A DNA stretch of 17,491 bases from Candidatus Methylomirabilia bacterium (GCA_041497895.1 JBGQHJ010000104.1:1-17491); one strand, 5' to 3'; shown: positions 1-10,383, counted from the first letter of the stretch. Translations and numbers: made by a program. The notes: a model not told the origin generated them from the sequence alone.

Positions 1-441
1 CATCACGGTCTGGGTACGCGTCAGCTTCACGTCGGGGTTGAAGCCCTCCACCAGCGAGAAGTCGCGGTTGCACGAGAGCAGCGCGCCGATCTCCGGGATG
101 CCGAGCGCGCGGTACATCTCGGCGTACCGGCACCGCGTGACATTGAAGGAAAACTTCTCCTCGGTCTGCTCCAGCACGTCCATGCGGTAGGCGTCGCCCT
201 TCTTCCAGTCCTCGAGCGCGGTGGCGAAGTGGCCGAGGCTGTCGCCGCCCATGCGCGCCGACAGCTCCTTGCCCTGCTCCCGCGCCACGTCGATGATGAT
301 CCGGCGCGCGGTCTCGAACACCTTCTCGCGCCCGAACTCCTCGCCCAGCGCGGTCAGCACCGGCATCAGGATGCGCGCCTCGATCTCGCGGCGCTTGAGC
401 ACGCCGATCTCGTTCAGGTTGTCGGGAGGCATCGCGCTCAT
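1..441 (-). CDS. L-2-amino-thiazoline-4-carboxylic acid (ATC) hydrolase family protein, 3' end outside window
   Basis: Not in ORF track. Read manually from ATG at 441 with [36 protein letters not shown]...[51 protein letters not shown]. The F-x-VTRC-x-YAE and LSC-x-RD...LTRTQT motifs fit this family. ATGA overlap with the upstream gene. Confidence 0.8.
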   Translation of the reverse strand, partial: MSAMPPDNLNEIGVLKRREIEARILMPVLTALGEEFGREKVFETARRIIIDVAREQGKELSARMGGDSLGHFATALEDWKKGDAYRMDVLEQTEEKFSFNVTRCRYAEMYRALGIPEIGALLSCNRDFSLVEGFNPDVKLTRTQTVM

Positions 442-874
442 CGGGTCTCCTCCTTGGGTCGCGTCGGTCCAGTGGGCGGGCGCGGCGAAGCGTAGCACGC
501 GCGCCCCACCGCGACCAGGGCGCCGCTCGCGTCGCGGATCTCCACGTCGGCCACGCTCACCGTCTTGCCGACCCGCACCGTGCGCCCGACCGCCGTCAGG
601 TCACCCCGCCGCGCCGGCCGCAGGTAGTCCACCCGCATGTCGATGGTGGGCACGCCCGCGCTGGTCTCGGTGATCACCGCGTAGTCGCCCGCGATGTCGG
701 CCAGCGCGCTGACGACTCCGCCGTGCAGCCAGTCGGCCCCGTCGTGGCGCAGGAACTCCTCGCGGAACGGCAGCCGGATCTCGACCAGGCCTTTCTCGGC
801 CCGCACCATCTCGAGGCCCATGAAGCGCATGAACGGCGAGTGATCGAAGCGCAGCTCCCCGCCGCCGGCCGTCG

Positions 875-878
<4 letters not shown>
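438..878 (-). CDS. PaaI-family hotdog-fold thioesterase
   Basis: C-terminal part of track ORF 438..2450. GTG at 878 overlaps the upstream stop (GTGA). Motifs [32 protein letters not shown]. Confidence 0.88.
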
Positions 879-2407
<1,529 letters not shown>

Positions 2408-2420
2408 GCGAGTGGGCCAG

Positions 2421-2450
2421 ATAGTGCCCCGTCGGCGGCGATCTCGTCAA
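2421..2450 (-). promoter_or_regulatory. Putative sigma70 promoter for the acyl-CoA synthetase operon
   Basis: TTGACG-N18-CACTAT on the minus strand, ending 13 nt before the GTG start; no SD visible. Confidence 0.45.
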
Positions 2451-2505
2451 GGCGCCGGCGCCGGTCTACACTACCGGCCAGACCCCACACTCACGGAGGA
2501 ACGTC

Positions 2506-2952
2506 ATGGCCTTGAAGCCGATCGCCTACGTCCAGGCCTCGTGGCACACCGACATCACCGATCACTGCCGGCAGGCCTTCATGGCCGAGCTGGCGCAGCG
2601 CGGGTATGCGGCGGGCGACGTGGAGCTCTTCTCGGTGCCCGGGAGCCTCGAGATCCCGCTGATGGCCCGCAGGCTCGCCCGGACCGGTCGCTACGCGGCG
2701 GTGTGCGCGAGTGGCCTCGTCGTCGACGGCGGCATCTACCGGCACGACTTCGTGGCGCAGGCGGTGCTGCAGGGCATCGTGCAGACCTCGCTGGAGACCG
2801 ACGTCCCGGTCCTGTCCGCCGTCCTCACACCGCACCACTTCCACGAGCATGCGGTGCACGCGGAGTTCTTCAAGCAGCACATGGCCACCAAGGGCCGGGA
2901 GCTGGCCGAGGCCTGCGTGGCCATCATCGGCCAGCTCGCCGCGGTGGCGTGA
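2506..2952 (+). CDS. ribH2: 6,7-dimethyl-8-ribityllumazine synthase, type II (RibH2-like)
   Basis: ASWHTDI (Trp instead of Phe), VPGSLEIPL, VVDGGIYRHDFVA, VLTPHHFH and KGRE motifs characteristic of RibH2. SD GGAGG upstream. Confidence 0.9.
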   Translation: MALKPIAYVQASWHTDITDHCRQAFMAELAQRGYAAGDVELFSVPGSLEIPLMARRLARTGRYAAVCASGLVVDGGIYRHDFVAQAVLQGIVQTSLETDVPVLSAVLTPHHFHEHAVHAEFFKQHMATKGRELAEACVAIIGQLAAVA

Positions 2953-2961
2953 GGGGCGGGA

Positions 2962-3276
2962 TCAGGGCTCCGCGGGGAAGATCGGGCGCATGAAGCTCCG
3001 CTCGAAGCTCACGATGCAGTGCGTCTCCTCGGCCAGGCGCCACGCCTCCTTCGCGACCTCGTCATCCCGAACCGCGGTCCGGTAGCGCTCGTACTCCGCC
3101 AGCGACGGAAAGCTGAACAGGTGCACCGCGATGTTGTTCGGCCCCTCGTGCGGAAGGAAGGCGCCGTGGTGTACGCCTCCGTACTTCGCGGCCAGCGGCA
3201 GGATCATACGGCTGTAGCGCTCGAACGCCTCGACCTGGTACGGGTCGATCGTGTAGCGGAGGTAGCACGTGATCAT
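2962..3276 (-). CDS. NIPSNAP family protein
   Basis: MITCYLRYTIDP...FERY...YGGVHHGAFLPHEG...FSFPSLAEYERYR. True start at ATG 3276, preceded by SD AGGAGG. Confidence 0.85.
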   Translation of the reverse strand: MITCYLRYTIDPYQVEAFERYSRMILPLAAKYGGVHHGAFLPHEGPNNIAVHLFSFPSLAEYERYRTAVRDDEVAKEAWRLAEETHCIVSFERSFMRPIFPAEP

Positions 3277-3575
3277 TGCAGTTCCTCCTGCCCGATAGTG
3301 CCAGTCATCGGACCGCGCGATCTTCGCGCGCTGACCATGCTGCGTCAAGATCCGCCGGCCATGCCTTTTTCACTTGACGGCCTCGGCACGGCTCGCCGGC
3401 AATCGGCTGCGGACCCTCGGCAAGTGGCAGCCAGGAGCGCCAAGCGCGATCGTGGGGCGCGTTCGGCGTCGCGGCACTGAAAAACCATTTGGCCGCGTGC
3501 CCTCGTCGGACATGGGCGCATTCCGGCATCGCTGAACTCGGGGTGTAGAGTCGCTCCACTGAAGGAGGGCTCGTC

Positions 3576-4858
3576 ATGCCGATCGCCTCGCAACCCCTGC
3601 CCGCCCCGCCGCATCCGTTCGCAGACCTGGACCGCCTGGGCGACGAGATCGCCGAGCTGTCCGCGCACCTCGACGCCGCGACCGCCCGCCTGCTCACCCT
3701 CATTCGCGACTTCGACGCACGCGGCGGCTGGAACAGCGTCTTCTCCTCCTGCGCCGCCTGGCTCGGATGGCGCGTGGGCCTCGACCTGGGCGCCGCCCGC
3801 GAGCGGGTGCGGGTCGCCCGCGCGCTCGGCACGCTGCCGCGCCTGGCCGAGGCACTGGCCCGCGGGGAGCTCTCCTACGCCAAGGTCCGCGCCCTGACCC
3901 GCGTGGCCACGCCCGAGACCGAAGCGCGGTTGCTGGCGGTCGGGCGCGCGGGCACCGCGGCGCACATCGAGCGCATCGTGCGGGGCTAGCGGCGCGTGGA
4001 CCGGCAGGCCGAGACCCGGCAGGCGACGCGACAGCACGCGGAGCGGGGGCGGCACGTCTACGAGGACGAGGATGGCACGGTGGTCGTCCGCGGCCGGCTG
4101 GCTCCCGAGGTCGGCGCCCTGCTGGTCAGGGCGCTCGACGCCGCCCGCGAGACGCTGTACCAGCGGACGCGCGGCACGGCCGGCACGGCCGCATCGGACC
4201 CCGCCATGGCGCCTCCGACTCGCGCCCAGCAGCAGGCCGACGCGCTGGCCCTGCTGGCGGAAACGGCGCTGCATCGCGAGATCGACCCCGGTGCCCCGGG
4301 CGAGCGCTATCAGGTCGTGGTCCACGTGGACGCCGCAGTGCTCGCGGATCCCGAGCAACCCGGCCAATCCGTGCTGGAAGAAGGGAGCCACGTTTCCGCG
4401 GAAACGTCCCGGCGCCCCGGACGCGGACAATCCCGCCCGCGCTTCGTCGCGCGCTGCTCCATCGGGACCGGAGCTGTCGCTTCCCGGGCTGTCATGCACG
4501 GGTCGGAGAGGGCCATCACATGCGTCATTGGGCCCAGGGTGGCCCCACCACGCTCGGCAACCTGGTCCTGCTGTGCCGCCGCCATCATCACGCGATACAT
4601 GAAGAGGGCTATCAAGTCTCACGAGGACCTGACGGCGCGCTCGACTTCCGTCGGCCGGATGGACGGCCGCTACCAGAAGTGGCGCCGACGGCCCCGGTGC
4701 CCACGGATCCGATTCACACGCTGCACGCGCAGCACGCCGCGCTGGGACTGCAGCTCCACGCGCGGACCGCGTGCCCTGCCTGGCTCGGCGAGCGGCTCGA
4801 CGTCGGATGGGCGCTCGACGTCCTGCATCCACGGGCCGTCGGTCCCCGGCCGTGCTAG
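3576..4858 (+). pseudogene. DUF222 / HNH endonuclease (13E12-repeat-like), disrupted
   Basis: N-terminus (LGDEIAELSAHLDAATARLL...WLGWRVGLDLGAARERVRVARAL...ELSYAKVRALTRVATPE) is interrupted by an in-frame TAG at 3987-3989 and continues in frame to HVSAETSRR. It then changes frame near 4410-4418 into RTIPPALRRALLHRDRSCRFPGC...HHMRHWAQGGPTTLGNLVLLCRRHHHAIHE (HNH). SD GAAGGAGG upstream. Confidence 0.85.
4390..4407. repeat. Perfect 18-bp palindrome ACGTTTCCGCGGAAACGT
   Basis: Directly visible and equal to its own reverse complement. Encodes HVSAET within the HNH gene. Confidence 0.9.
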
Positions 4859-4899
4859 CCTCCCAGGCGGATCTCACACCCGACAGGAGGCGACGCGCC

Positions 4900-5697
4900 A
4901 TGGACTACCGCGACTACCAGCACCTCACGTTCGAGCGCCGGCCGAACGGGGTGGTGCTCATCACGATCAACCGGCCGGAGGTGCTCAACGCCACCAACGA
5001 CCGGCTGCACTGGGAGCTGACCCAGGTCTGGCTCACCCTGGATGCGGACGACAGCGCGCGCGTCGCGGTGGTGACCGGCGCGGGCCGCGCCTTCTCGGCG
5101 GGCGGCGATCTGGACATGGTGGAGGCCAACAGCCGAGACCCGAAGCGCATGGGGCGCACGCTGCGCGAGGCCTCCGACATCGTCTACAACATGATCAACC
5201 TCGACAAGCCGGTCATCTCGGCCATCAACGGGGTCGCGGTGGGCGCGGGTCTGGTGGTGGCCCTCCTGTCCGACATCAGCATCATCTCGGAAACCGCGCG
5301 CTTCACCGACGGCCACACGCGCCTCGGCGTGGTGGCCGGGGACCACGCCGCGATCGTCTGGCCGCTGCTCTGCGGCATGGCCAAGGCCAAGTACTACCTG
5401 CTCACCAGCGACTTCATCGACGGCCGCGAGGCCGAGCGCATCGGCCTGGTGAGCCTCTGCGTACCGCCGGCCGAGCTGCTCCCCAAGGCCTTCGAGGTGG
5501 CCGACAAGCTCGCCACCGGCGCCCAGCAGGCCATCCGCTGGACCAAGCGCTCGCTGAACAACTGGCTGCGCATGGCCGGGCCCATCTTCGATCAGTCGAT
5601 CGCGCTCGAGATGCTCACCTTCATGCACGAGGACGTGCGGGAAGGCGCCGCCGCGATCCGGGAGAAGCGCCCCCCGCGCTTTCCCTCCGCCCGCTAA
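4900..5697 (+). CDS. Enoyl-CoA hydratase/isomerase (crotonase) family protein
   Basis: [61 protein letters not shown] 4900 follows SD AGGAGG. Confidence 0.93.
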   Translation: MDYRDYQHLTFERRPNGVVLITINRPEVLNATNDRLHWELTQVWLTLDADDSARVAVVTGAGRAFSAGGDLDMVEANSRDPKRMGRTLREASDIVYNMINLDKPVISAINGVAVGAGLVVALLSDISIISETARFTDGHTRLGVVAGDHAAIVWPLLCGMAKAKYYLLTSDFIDGREAERIGLVSLCVPPAELLPKAFEVADKLATGAQQAIRWTKRSLNNWLRMAGPIFDQSIALEMLTFMHEDVREGAAAIREKRPPRFPSAR

Positions 5698-5740
5698 CCC
5701 CTCCACCCTCTCCCCCCGGGGGAGAGGGCAGGGTGAGGGG
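5698..5740. repeat. REP-like palindromic element / probable bidirectional terminator hairpin
   Basis: CCCCTCCACCCTCTCCCCCCGGGGGAGAGGGCAGGGTGAGGGG: inner stem CCCTCTCCC/GGGAGAGGG plus a near-complement of the left end (GGGTGAGGGG). Lies between convergent genes. Confidence 0.7.
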
Positions 5741-5746
5741 CGGTTC

Positions 5747-6217
5747 CTACCTCCCCTCCACCGCCGCCGTGATCTGCGCCGCGTGCTCCTCGGCGTGCTC
5801 GCCCGCCCGCCGGGCCAGGAACTCGATGGACATGCCGCCGTATCGCGGGTGGGTGCCCTGGCGCGCCCACTCCGCGTCGGGCAGCGCCTCGAGCAGGCGC
5901 GCGAGCTGCTCCTGCTCGCCCACGAAGGTGTCCAGCAGGTACTCGACGCTCTCGCCGCGCGCCAGGCTGGCCGGGCGGTAGGCCTCCTCGTCGAAGTCGG
6001 CGAAGAGGGGCGCGTCCTCGTAGAACAGCCGCCGCATGCGCAGCCCGTAGACGTGGACGATCACGTCGCGCAGGTGGGTCAGCGTCTCGAGCGCCGACCA
6101 CTCCCCGGGCCTGGGCGGTCTGTCGAAGCGCGCGCGGGGCGCGCTCTCCACCGCGCGGCGGACGACCAGCGCGGACGATCGCATCCGCTCGATCAGGGCG
6201 CGATGCTCGGGCGTCAT
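5747..6217 (-). CDS. DinB/YfiT-like metal-binding four-helix-bundle protein
   Basis: PGEWSALETLTHLRD...P.FADFDEE...WARQGTHP..G.MS...HAEEHAAQI, carrying the His triad of the DinB_2 family. Confidence 0.85.
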   Translation of the reverse strand: MTPEHRALIERMRSSALVVRRAVESAPRARFDRPPRPGEWSALETLTHLRDVIVHVYGLRMRRLFYEDAPLFADFDEEAYRPASLARGESVEYLLDTFVGEQEQLARLLEALPDAEWARQGTHPRYGGMSIEFLARRAGEHAEEHAAQITAAVEGR

Positions 6218-6227
6218 CCGCCCGAGT

Positions 6228-7007
6228 CTACACGACCCCGTTCCTCGCCGACATCGCGACGTCGGCGGCCCGGCGCGCCCAGCGGAGCCGGACCACCTCG
6301 CCGATCACGATCGTGCACGGCGGGGCGAGATGCGCGGCCCGACGCGCGATGTCCGCGAGAGTGCCGGTCACCACCTCCTCGGCGGCGGTCGTGCCCCGGC
6401 GGATCACGGCGGCGGGCGTCTCGGGCTCGCGGCCGGCGGCGAGAAGACACCGGGCGATCTCCGGCAGGGCCGCCGTCCCCATCAGGACGACGATGGTGTC
6501 CACCGCGCCGGCGAGACGCTCCCAGTCCACGCGCCCGCCCGGCTTGTCCGGATCCTCGTGACCGGTGATCACCGCGAACGAGGACGCGACGCCGCGATGA
6601 GTGACCGGGATGCCGGCCGCGGCCGGCACCGCCACCGCCGAGGTCACGCCGGGCACCACGTCGACGGGCACGCCGGCGGCGAGGCAGGCCCGCGCCTCCT
6701 CGCCGCCGCGCCCGAACACGAAGGAGTCGCCGCCCTTCAGCCGGACCACCAGCCGCCCGGCCCGGGCGTGGCGCACGAGCAGCGCGTTGATGGCCGCCTG
6801 CGGCATGCAGTGGTTGCCCGCCGACTTGCCGGCGAAGAGCAGCAGCGCGTCCGGCGGCGCCTCGTCGAGGAGCTCCGGGCTCACGAGCTGATCGTAGACC
6901 ACGACCTCCGCGCGCTGGAGCCAGCGGAGCCCCCGCCGCGTGATCAGCTCGGGGTCGCCGGGGCCGGCCCCGACCAGGACCACGCGCCCGCTAGCCGCGC
7001 AGTCCAT
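6228..7007 (-). CDS. cobA: Uroporphyrinogen-III C-methyltransferase (SUMT, CysG-A/CobA)
   Basis: VVLVGAGPGDPELIT, VVVYDQLV, VVRLKGGDSFVFGRGGEE, VVPGVTSA, GIPVTHRG. Confidence 0.93.
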   Translation of the reverse strand: MDCAASGRVVLVGAGPGDPELITRRGLRWLQRAEVVVYDQLVSPELLDEAPPDALLLFAGKSAGNHCMPQAAINALLVRHARAGRLVVRLKGGDSFVFGRGGEEARACLAAGVPVDVVPGVTSAVAVPAAAGIPVTHRGVASSFAVITGHEDPDKPGGRVDWERLAGAVDTIVVLMGTAALPEIARCLLAAGREPETPAAVIRRGTTAAEEVVTGTLADIARRAAHLAPPCTIVIGEVVRLRWARRAADVAMSARNGVV

Positions 7008-7617
7008 CCAGCAGGCGCTCCCGCGCCGCGTCGAGCCGATCGGCCCGGACGAGCGCGCGGACCTCGGCGCCCAGCGCGAGCCGCCACCGCTCCCAGGGAG
7101 CCGGCGTGCCCCGATCGCGTAGCGTCCGCCGGACGTCCGCCGCGACCCGGGCGAGCGCCGCGTAATCCTCCCGGTCGAGGTACGCGCCGAGCTCGTCGCG
7201 CACCGAGCGGGCGAGCGCCGGGCTGACGCCGCCGGTGGAGACCGCGACGGTGAGCTCGCCGCGCCTCAGGACCGCGGGGAGGATGAAGTCGCAGCGCGCC
7301 GGATCGTCGGCGGCGTTGAGCAGCACGCCCGCCGCCCGCGCGTCCCGCGCCACCTCGGCGTTCACGAGCCCGTCGTCGGTGGCCACGAAGACGACCGAGT
7401 GCCCGGCGAGGTCGCTCGCCGCGTACTCGCGTAACCGCAACCGGATCCGGTCCGTCCGGGCCCACTCGCGCAGCCGGTCCGTCGCCGATGGGCTCACGAC
7501 GGTGAGTCGCGCCCCGGCGTCGAGCAGCCCGGCCACCTTGCGCTCGGCCACCGGCCCGCCGCCGACCACCAGGCAGCGGCGTTCCGCCATCTCCAGGCAG
7601 ACCGGGTAGTACGCCAT
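6991..7617 (-). CDS. Precorrin-2 dehydrogenase / sirohydrochlorin ferrochelatase (CysG N-terminal, SirC/Met8-like)
   Basis: C-terminal part of track ORF 6991..8715. ATG at 7617 overlaps the FNT stop. Motifs YYPVCL...CLVVGGGPVAERK, LNAADDPARCDFILPA, VAVSTGGVSPALAR. Confidence 0.9.
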   Translation of the reverse strand: MAYYPVCLEMAERRCLVVGGGPVAERKVAGLLDAGARLTVVSPSATDRLREWARTDRIRLRLREYAASDLAGHSVVFVATDDGLVNAEVARDARAAGVLLNAADDPARCDFILPAVLRRGELTVAVSTGGVSPALARSVRDELGAYLDREDYAALARVAADVRRTLRDRGTPAPWERWRLALGAEVRALVRADRLDAARERLLDGLRG

Positions 7618-8447
7618 CAGCCCCCGGCGACCATCTCCCCGGGAATCGCCGCGACGGAGGCGGCGGGCGCGGGCGGCACGCGCTTGCGATACGTCAACTG
7701 GAGCGCCATGCCGGTGAAGAGCATGCCTCCCACGACGTTGCCGAGTGTCACCGGGATCTGGTTCCAGAGCCACCAGTCGCGTACGCTCACCTCCGCGCCC
7801 ATCATCATGCCGGCCGGGATCGCGAACATGTTCACGACGGAGTGCTCGAAGCCCTGCGCGAAGAACGTGAGGATCGGCAGCCACATCGCCGCGATCTTCC
7901 CTCCGGTCGACTGCGAGGTGAGCGCCATCACGACGCCCAGCGTGACCATCCAGTTGCAGAGGATGGCCTTCGCCACCGCGACCGCCATCCCGTGAACCCC
8001 GAGCTTCGCGTAGCCGAGCGTCTTGGCCTGGGCCACCGCGACCAGCTGCCGGGCCATCTCGGAGTCGGGCGCCACCGTCAGCGTGAACAGCCACGCATAG
8101 AAGACGCTCCCGGCCAGGTTGCCGACGAAGACCAGCCCCCAGTTGCCCAGCAGCTCGCCCACGCCGATCCGCCGCTCCCGCACCGCCAGCGGCAGCAGCG
8201 CGAAGTTGCCGGTCACCAGCTCGAGCCCCAGCAGCACGATCATCACGAAGCCCACCGGGAAGACCAGCGCGCCCACCAGGCCCACGTGGGTCTGGAGCGA
8301 GGCGGTGAACGCCAGCGTGGTGGCGAAGCCCAGCAGCGCCCCGGAGAGAAAGCCGCGCACGAGAAGATCGCTCGGGGCGAGCCGCGCCTTCGTCGCTCCG
8401 GCCTGCACCATCTGCTCGAGCACCGCGTCGGGTTTGACGTAGGACAT
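7617..8447 (-). CDS. nirC: Formate/nitrite transporter family channel (NirC-like)
   Basis: MSYVKP..., FPVGFVMIVLLGLELVTGNF, KAILCNWMVTLG, FFAQGFEHSVVNMF, PVTLGNVVGG. SD AAGGAG. The nirC label rests on its position downstream of nitrite reductase. Confidence 0.85.
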   Translation of the reverse strand: MSYVKPDAVLEQMVQAGATKARLAPSDLLVRGFLSGALLGFATTLAFTASLQTHVGLVGALVFPVGFVMIVLLGLELVTGNFALLPLAVRERRIGVGELLGNWGLVFVGNLAGSVFYAWLFTLTVAPDSEMARQLVAVAQAKTLGYAKLGVHGMAVAVAKAILCNWMVTLGVVMALTSQSTGGKIAAMWLPILTFFAQGFEHSVVNMFAIPAGMMMGAEVSVRDWWLWNQIPVTLGNVVGGMLFTGMALQLTYRKRVPPAPAASVAAIPGEMVAGG

Positions 8448-8479
8448 GTCCAGTGGCTCCTTTCTCTCTTCGGCCGGCC

Positions 8480-10333
8480 CTATTCCTGCGCCGTGAAGCC
8501 CGGCCCATCCGGGACGAGCTGATAGGTCTTGAGCCGGAGCTGCGCGTCGGTGGCGCAGGCGCCGGTCCGGAGATCGAAGCGGTAGCCGTGCGCCGGACAG
8601 ACGACGGCTCCACCTTCCACCGTGCCGGCGGCCAGCGGCGTGCCCGCGTGGGGGCACCAGCTCTGCGTCGCGTAGAGCCGCCCCTCGCACTTGAAGACCG
8701 CGATCTCGGCGCCACCCACCGTGATCGCCTTGCCGCGCCCCTCCGCGATCTCGTCGGGGCGGACCGTCGACGCCGGTGGGGGCGCGGCGCGCTCGGGCGC
8801 GGTCGTCGCGCCGACCGCGGGCTGGAGCAGGCGGATCTGCCGGCGCACCCGCTCGAACTCGCCGTAGCGGACCAGCCCCTCGAGCACGCGCGGCAGGTCG
8901 TCGCAGGGCACGCTCTCGAGCACCTTGATCCCCTGGCTCGCCTGCGGCCCCGACGCGCCGCCCATGTAGATGTCCACCGCGTCGACCACCTTGCCGTCGA
9001 CCTTCGTGCGGGTGCCGAGCAGCCCGATGTCCGCCACCGTGTGGTTGCCGCAGCCCGCCGGGCAGCCCGACCAGTGGATCCGCACCGGCTTGGTGGCCGG
9101 CACCTTGGCTTCGAGCGCGTGGGCGATCGCGAGGGCGCGGCTCTTGGTCTCGATCACGGCCAGGTTGCAGAACTCGACCCCGGTGCAGCTCACGAGGCCC
9201 CGCAGCACGCCGGGCGGGTCGTAGCGGAGCGTGCGGAGCAGCGGCTCGGCGGTCAGCTGGCCGAGCACGGGATCGGCGACGTTCGGGATGATGACGTTCT
9301 GGTCCACCGTCAGGCGCGCCTCGCCGGTCCCGTACCGCTCGGACAGCCGGGCCACCTCGAGGAGCTGATCGCCGGTGACGCGCCCCACCGGGACGAGGAG
9401 GCCCACGTAGTTCAGCCCGGGCTGCTTCTGCCGGAACACCCCGACGTGGTCGGTGGACCGGGCGAGCCGCTGGTCCGCGCCGGCCTTCTCGAGCCGCCGC
9501 TCCACCCGCGCCTCCACCACCTCCCGGAACTTCTCCTCGCCCCACGACTCGAGCAGGAAGGAGAGCCGGATCTTGTTGCGCGCGTCGCGGGCGCCGTGGT
9601 CGCGGAACACCAGCACGATCGCGCTGCAGATCTCGGCCGCCTCGTCCGGCCGCACGAACACGTCGAGGGCCGAGGCCACCCGGTAGCCGCCCGAGCCGTT
9701 CTTGCCGCCGACGAGCACGTTGAAGCCCTTCACCTCGTCGGGGCCGAAGGCCTTCACCGCCGGGACCAGCGCGATGTCCTGGGTCTCGGAGTGGGTGCAG
9801 TTCTCGCGGCAGCCGGTGATGCCGACGTTGAACTTCCGGGGCAGGTTCGTGTAGGCCTTGTTCCCCACGAACATCGCGGTGAAGGCGCGGGCCACCGGCG
9901 AGGCGTCCAGCACCTCGTCGGGGGTGAGGCCGAAGGCCGGGCAGCCGATGATGTTGCGGATGTTGTCCATGCCGGTCTGCAGCGTGACCAGCCCGACGTG
10001 GAGCAGCCGGTCGAGGATCTGCGGCACGTCCTGGATGCGGATCCACCGGAGCTGCACCTGCTGGCGCGTGGTGATGTCGACCAGCCCCCGGCCCACGCGG
10101 TTGGCGAGGCCGCCGATGCCGCGCAGCTGGGCCGCACTGGTGACCCCGTTGGGGATGCGCAGCCGCATCATGAAGTAGCCGGGGGTCTGCTTGCGGAAGA
10201 ACACCCCCCACCACTTCAGGCGGTCGAGGTCGCCTTCCTCGATCGATTCGAGACCGAGCTCCGCGTAGCGCGGGATGTCCGCGCCGACGTCGAGCCCGTC
10301 CTTCTGCGCTTTCAGCTCCTCGATCTTGTTCAT
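8480..10333 (-). CDS. nirA: Ferredoxin-nitrite reductase (siroheme/[4Fe-4S]) fused to a C-terminal Rieske [2Fe-2S] domain
   Basis: MNKIEELK..KDGL, RLKWWGVFFR, FMMRLRIPNG, DITTRQQVQLR, GMDNIRN, NLPRKFN (nitrite-type), CTGVEFC and SGCPAGCG ligands. A Pro/Ala linker leads to CPH...CPAHG Rieske motifs. Start 10333 chosen because it lies downstream of the sigma54 promoter. Confidence 0.9.
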   Translation of the reverse strand: MNKIEELKAQKDGLDVGADIPRYAELGLESIEEGDLDRLKWWGVFFRKQTPGYFMMRLRIPNGVTSAAQLRGIGGLANRVGRGLVDITTRQQVQLRWIRIQDVPQILDRLLHVGLVTLQTGMDNIRNIIGCPAFGLTPDEVLDASPVARAFTAMFVGNKAYTNLPRKFNVGITGCRENCTHSETQDIALVPAVKAFGPDEVKGFNVLVGGKNGSGGYRVASALDVFVRPDEAAEICSAIVLVFRDHGARDARNKIRLSFLLESWGEEKFREVVEARVERRLEKAGADQRLARSTDHVGVFRQKQPGLNYVGLLVPVGRVTGDQLLEVARLSERYGTGEARLTVDQNVIIPNVADPVLGQLTAEPLLRTLRYDPPGVLRGLVSCTGVEFCNLAVIETKSRALAIAHALEAKVPATKPVRIHWSGCPAGCGNHTVADIGLLGTRTKVDGKVVDAVDIYMGGASGPQASQGIKVLESVPCDDLPRVLEGLVRYGEFERVRRQIRLLQPAVGATTAPERAAPPPASTVRPDEIAEGRGKAITVGGAEIAVFKCEGRLYATQSWCPHAGTPLAAGTVEGGAVVCPAHGYRFDLRTGACATDAQLRLKTYQLVPDGPGFTAQE

Positions 10334-10366
10334 GCGCGCCGCTCTTGCCGCATCTGAGGTCACGTC

Positions 10367-10383
10367 AGCAACCGCCGTACCAG
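10367..10383 (-). promoter_or_regulatory. Sigma54 (-24/-12) promoter of the nirA operon
   Basis: CTGGTACGGCGGTTGCT on the minus strand matches TGGYAC-N5-TTGCW with exact GG-N10-GC spacing, 33 nt before the ATG. Confidence 0.8.

Noticed and set aside
3343..3379. Inverted repeat CGTCAAG-N23-CTTGACG as IS ends or an operator
   Set aside because: Only 7 bp with no transposase. More simply explained as back-to-back -35-like hexamers, and the matching -10 boxes are weak.
3987..3989. In-frame TAG as pyrrolysine or programmed readthrough
   Set aside because: It falls at a probable Trp (one change from TGG), the same gene has a second frameshift lesion, and there is no methyltransferase or pyl context. 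Simple decay is more likely.
4391..4406. Canonical parS site
   Set aside because: The central four bases (CGCG) differ from parS (ACGT) and no parAB genes are nearby. Kept only as a parS-like palindrome.
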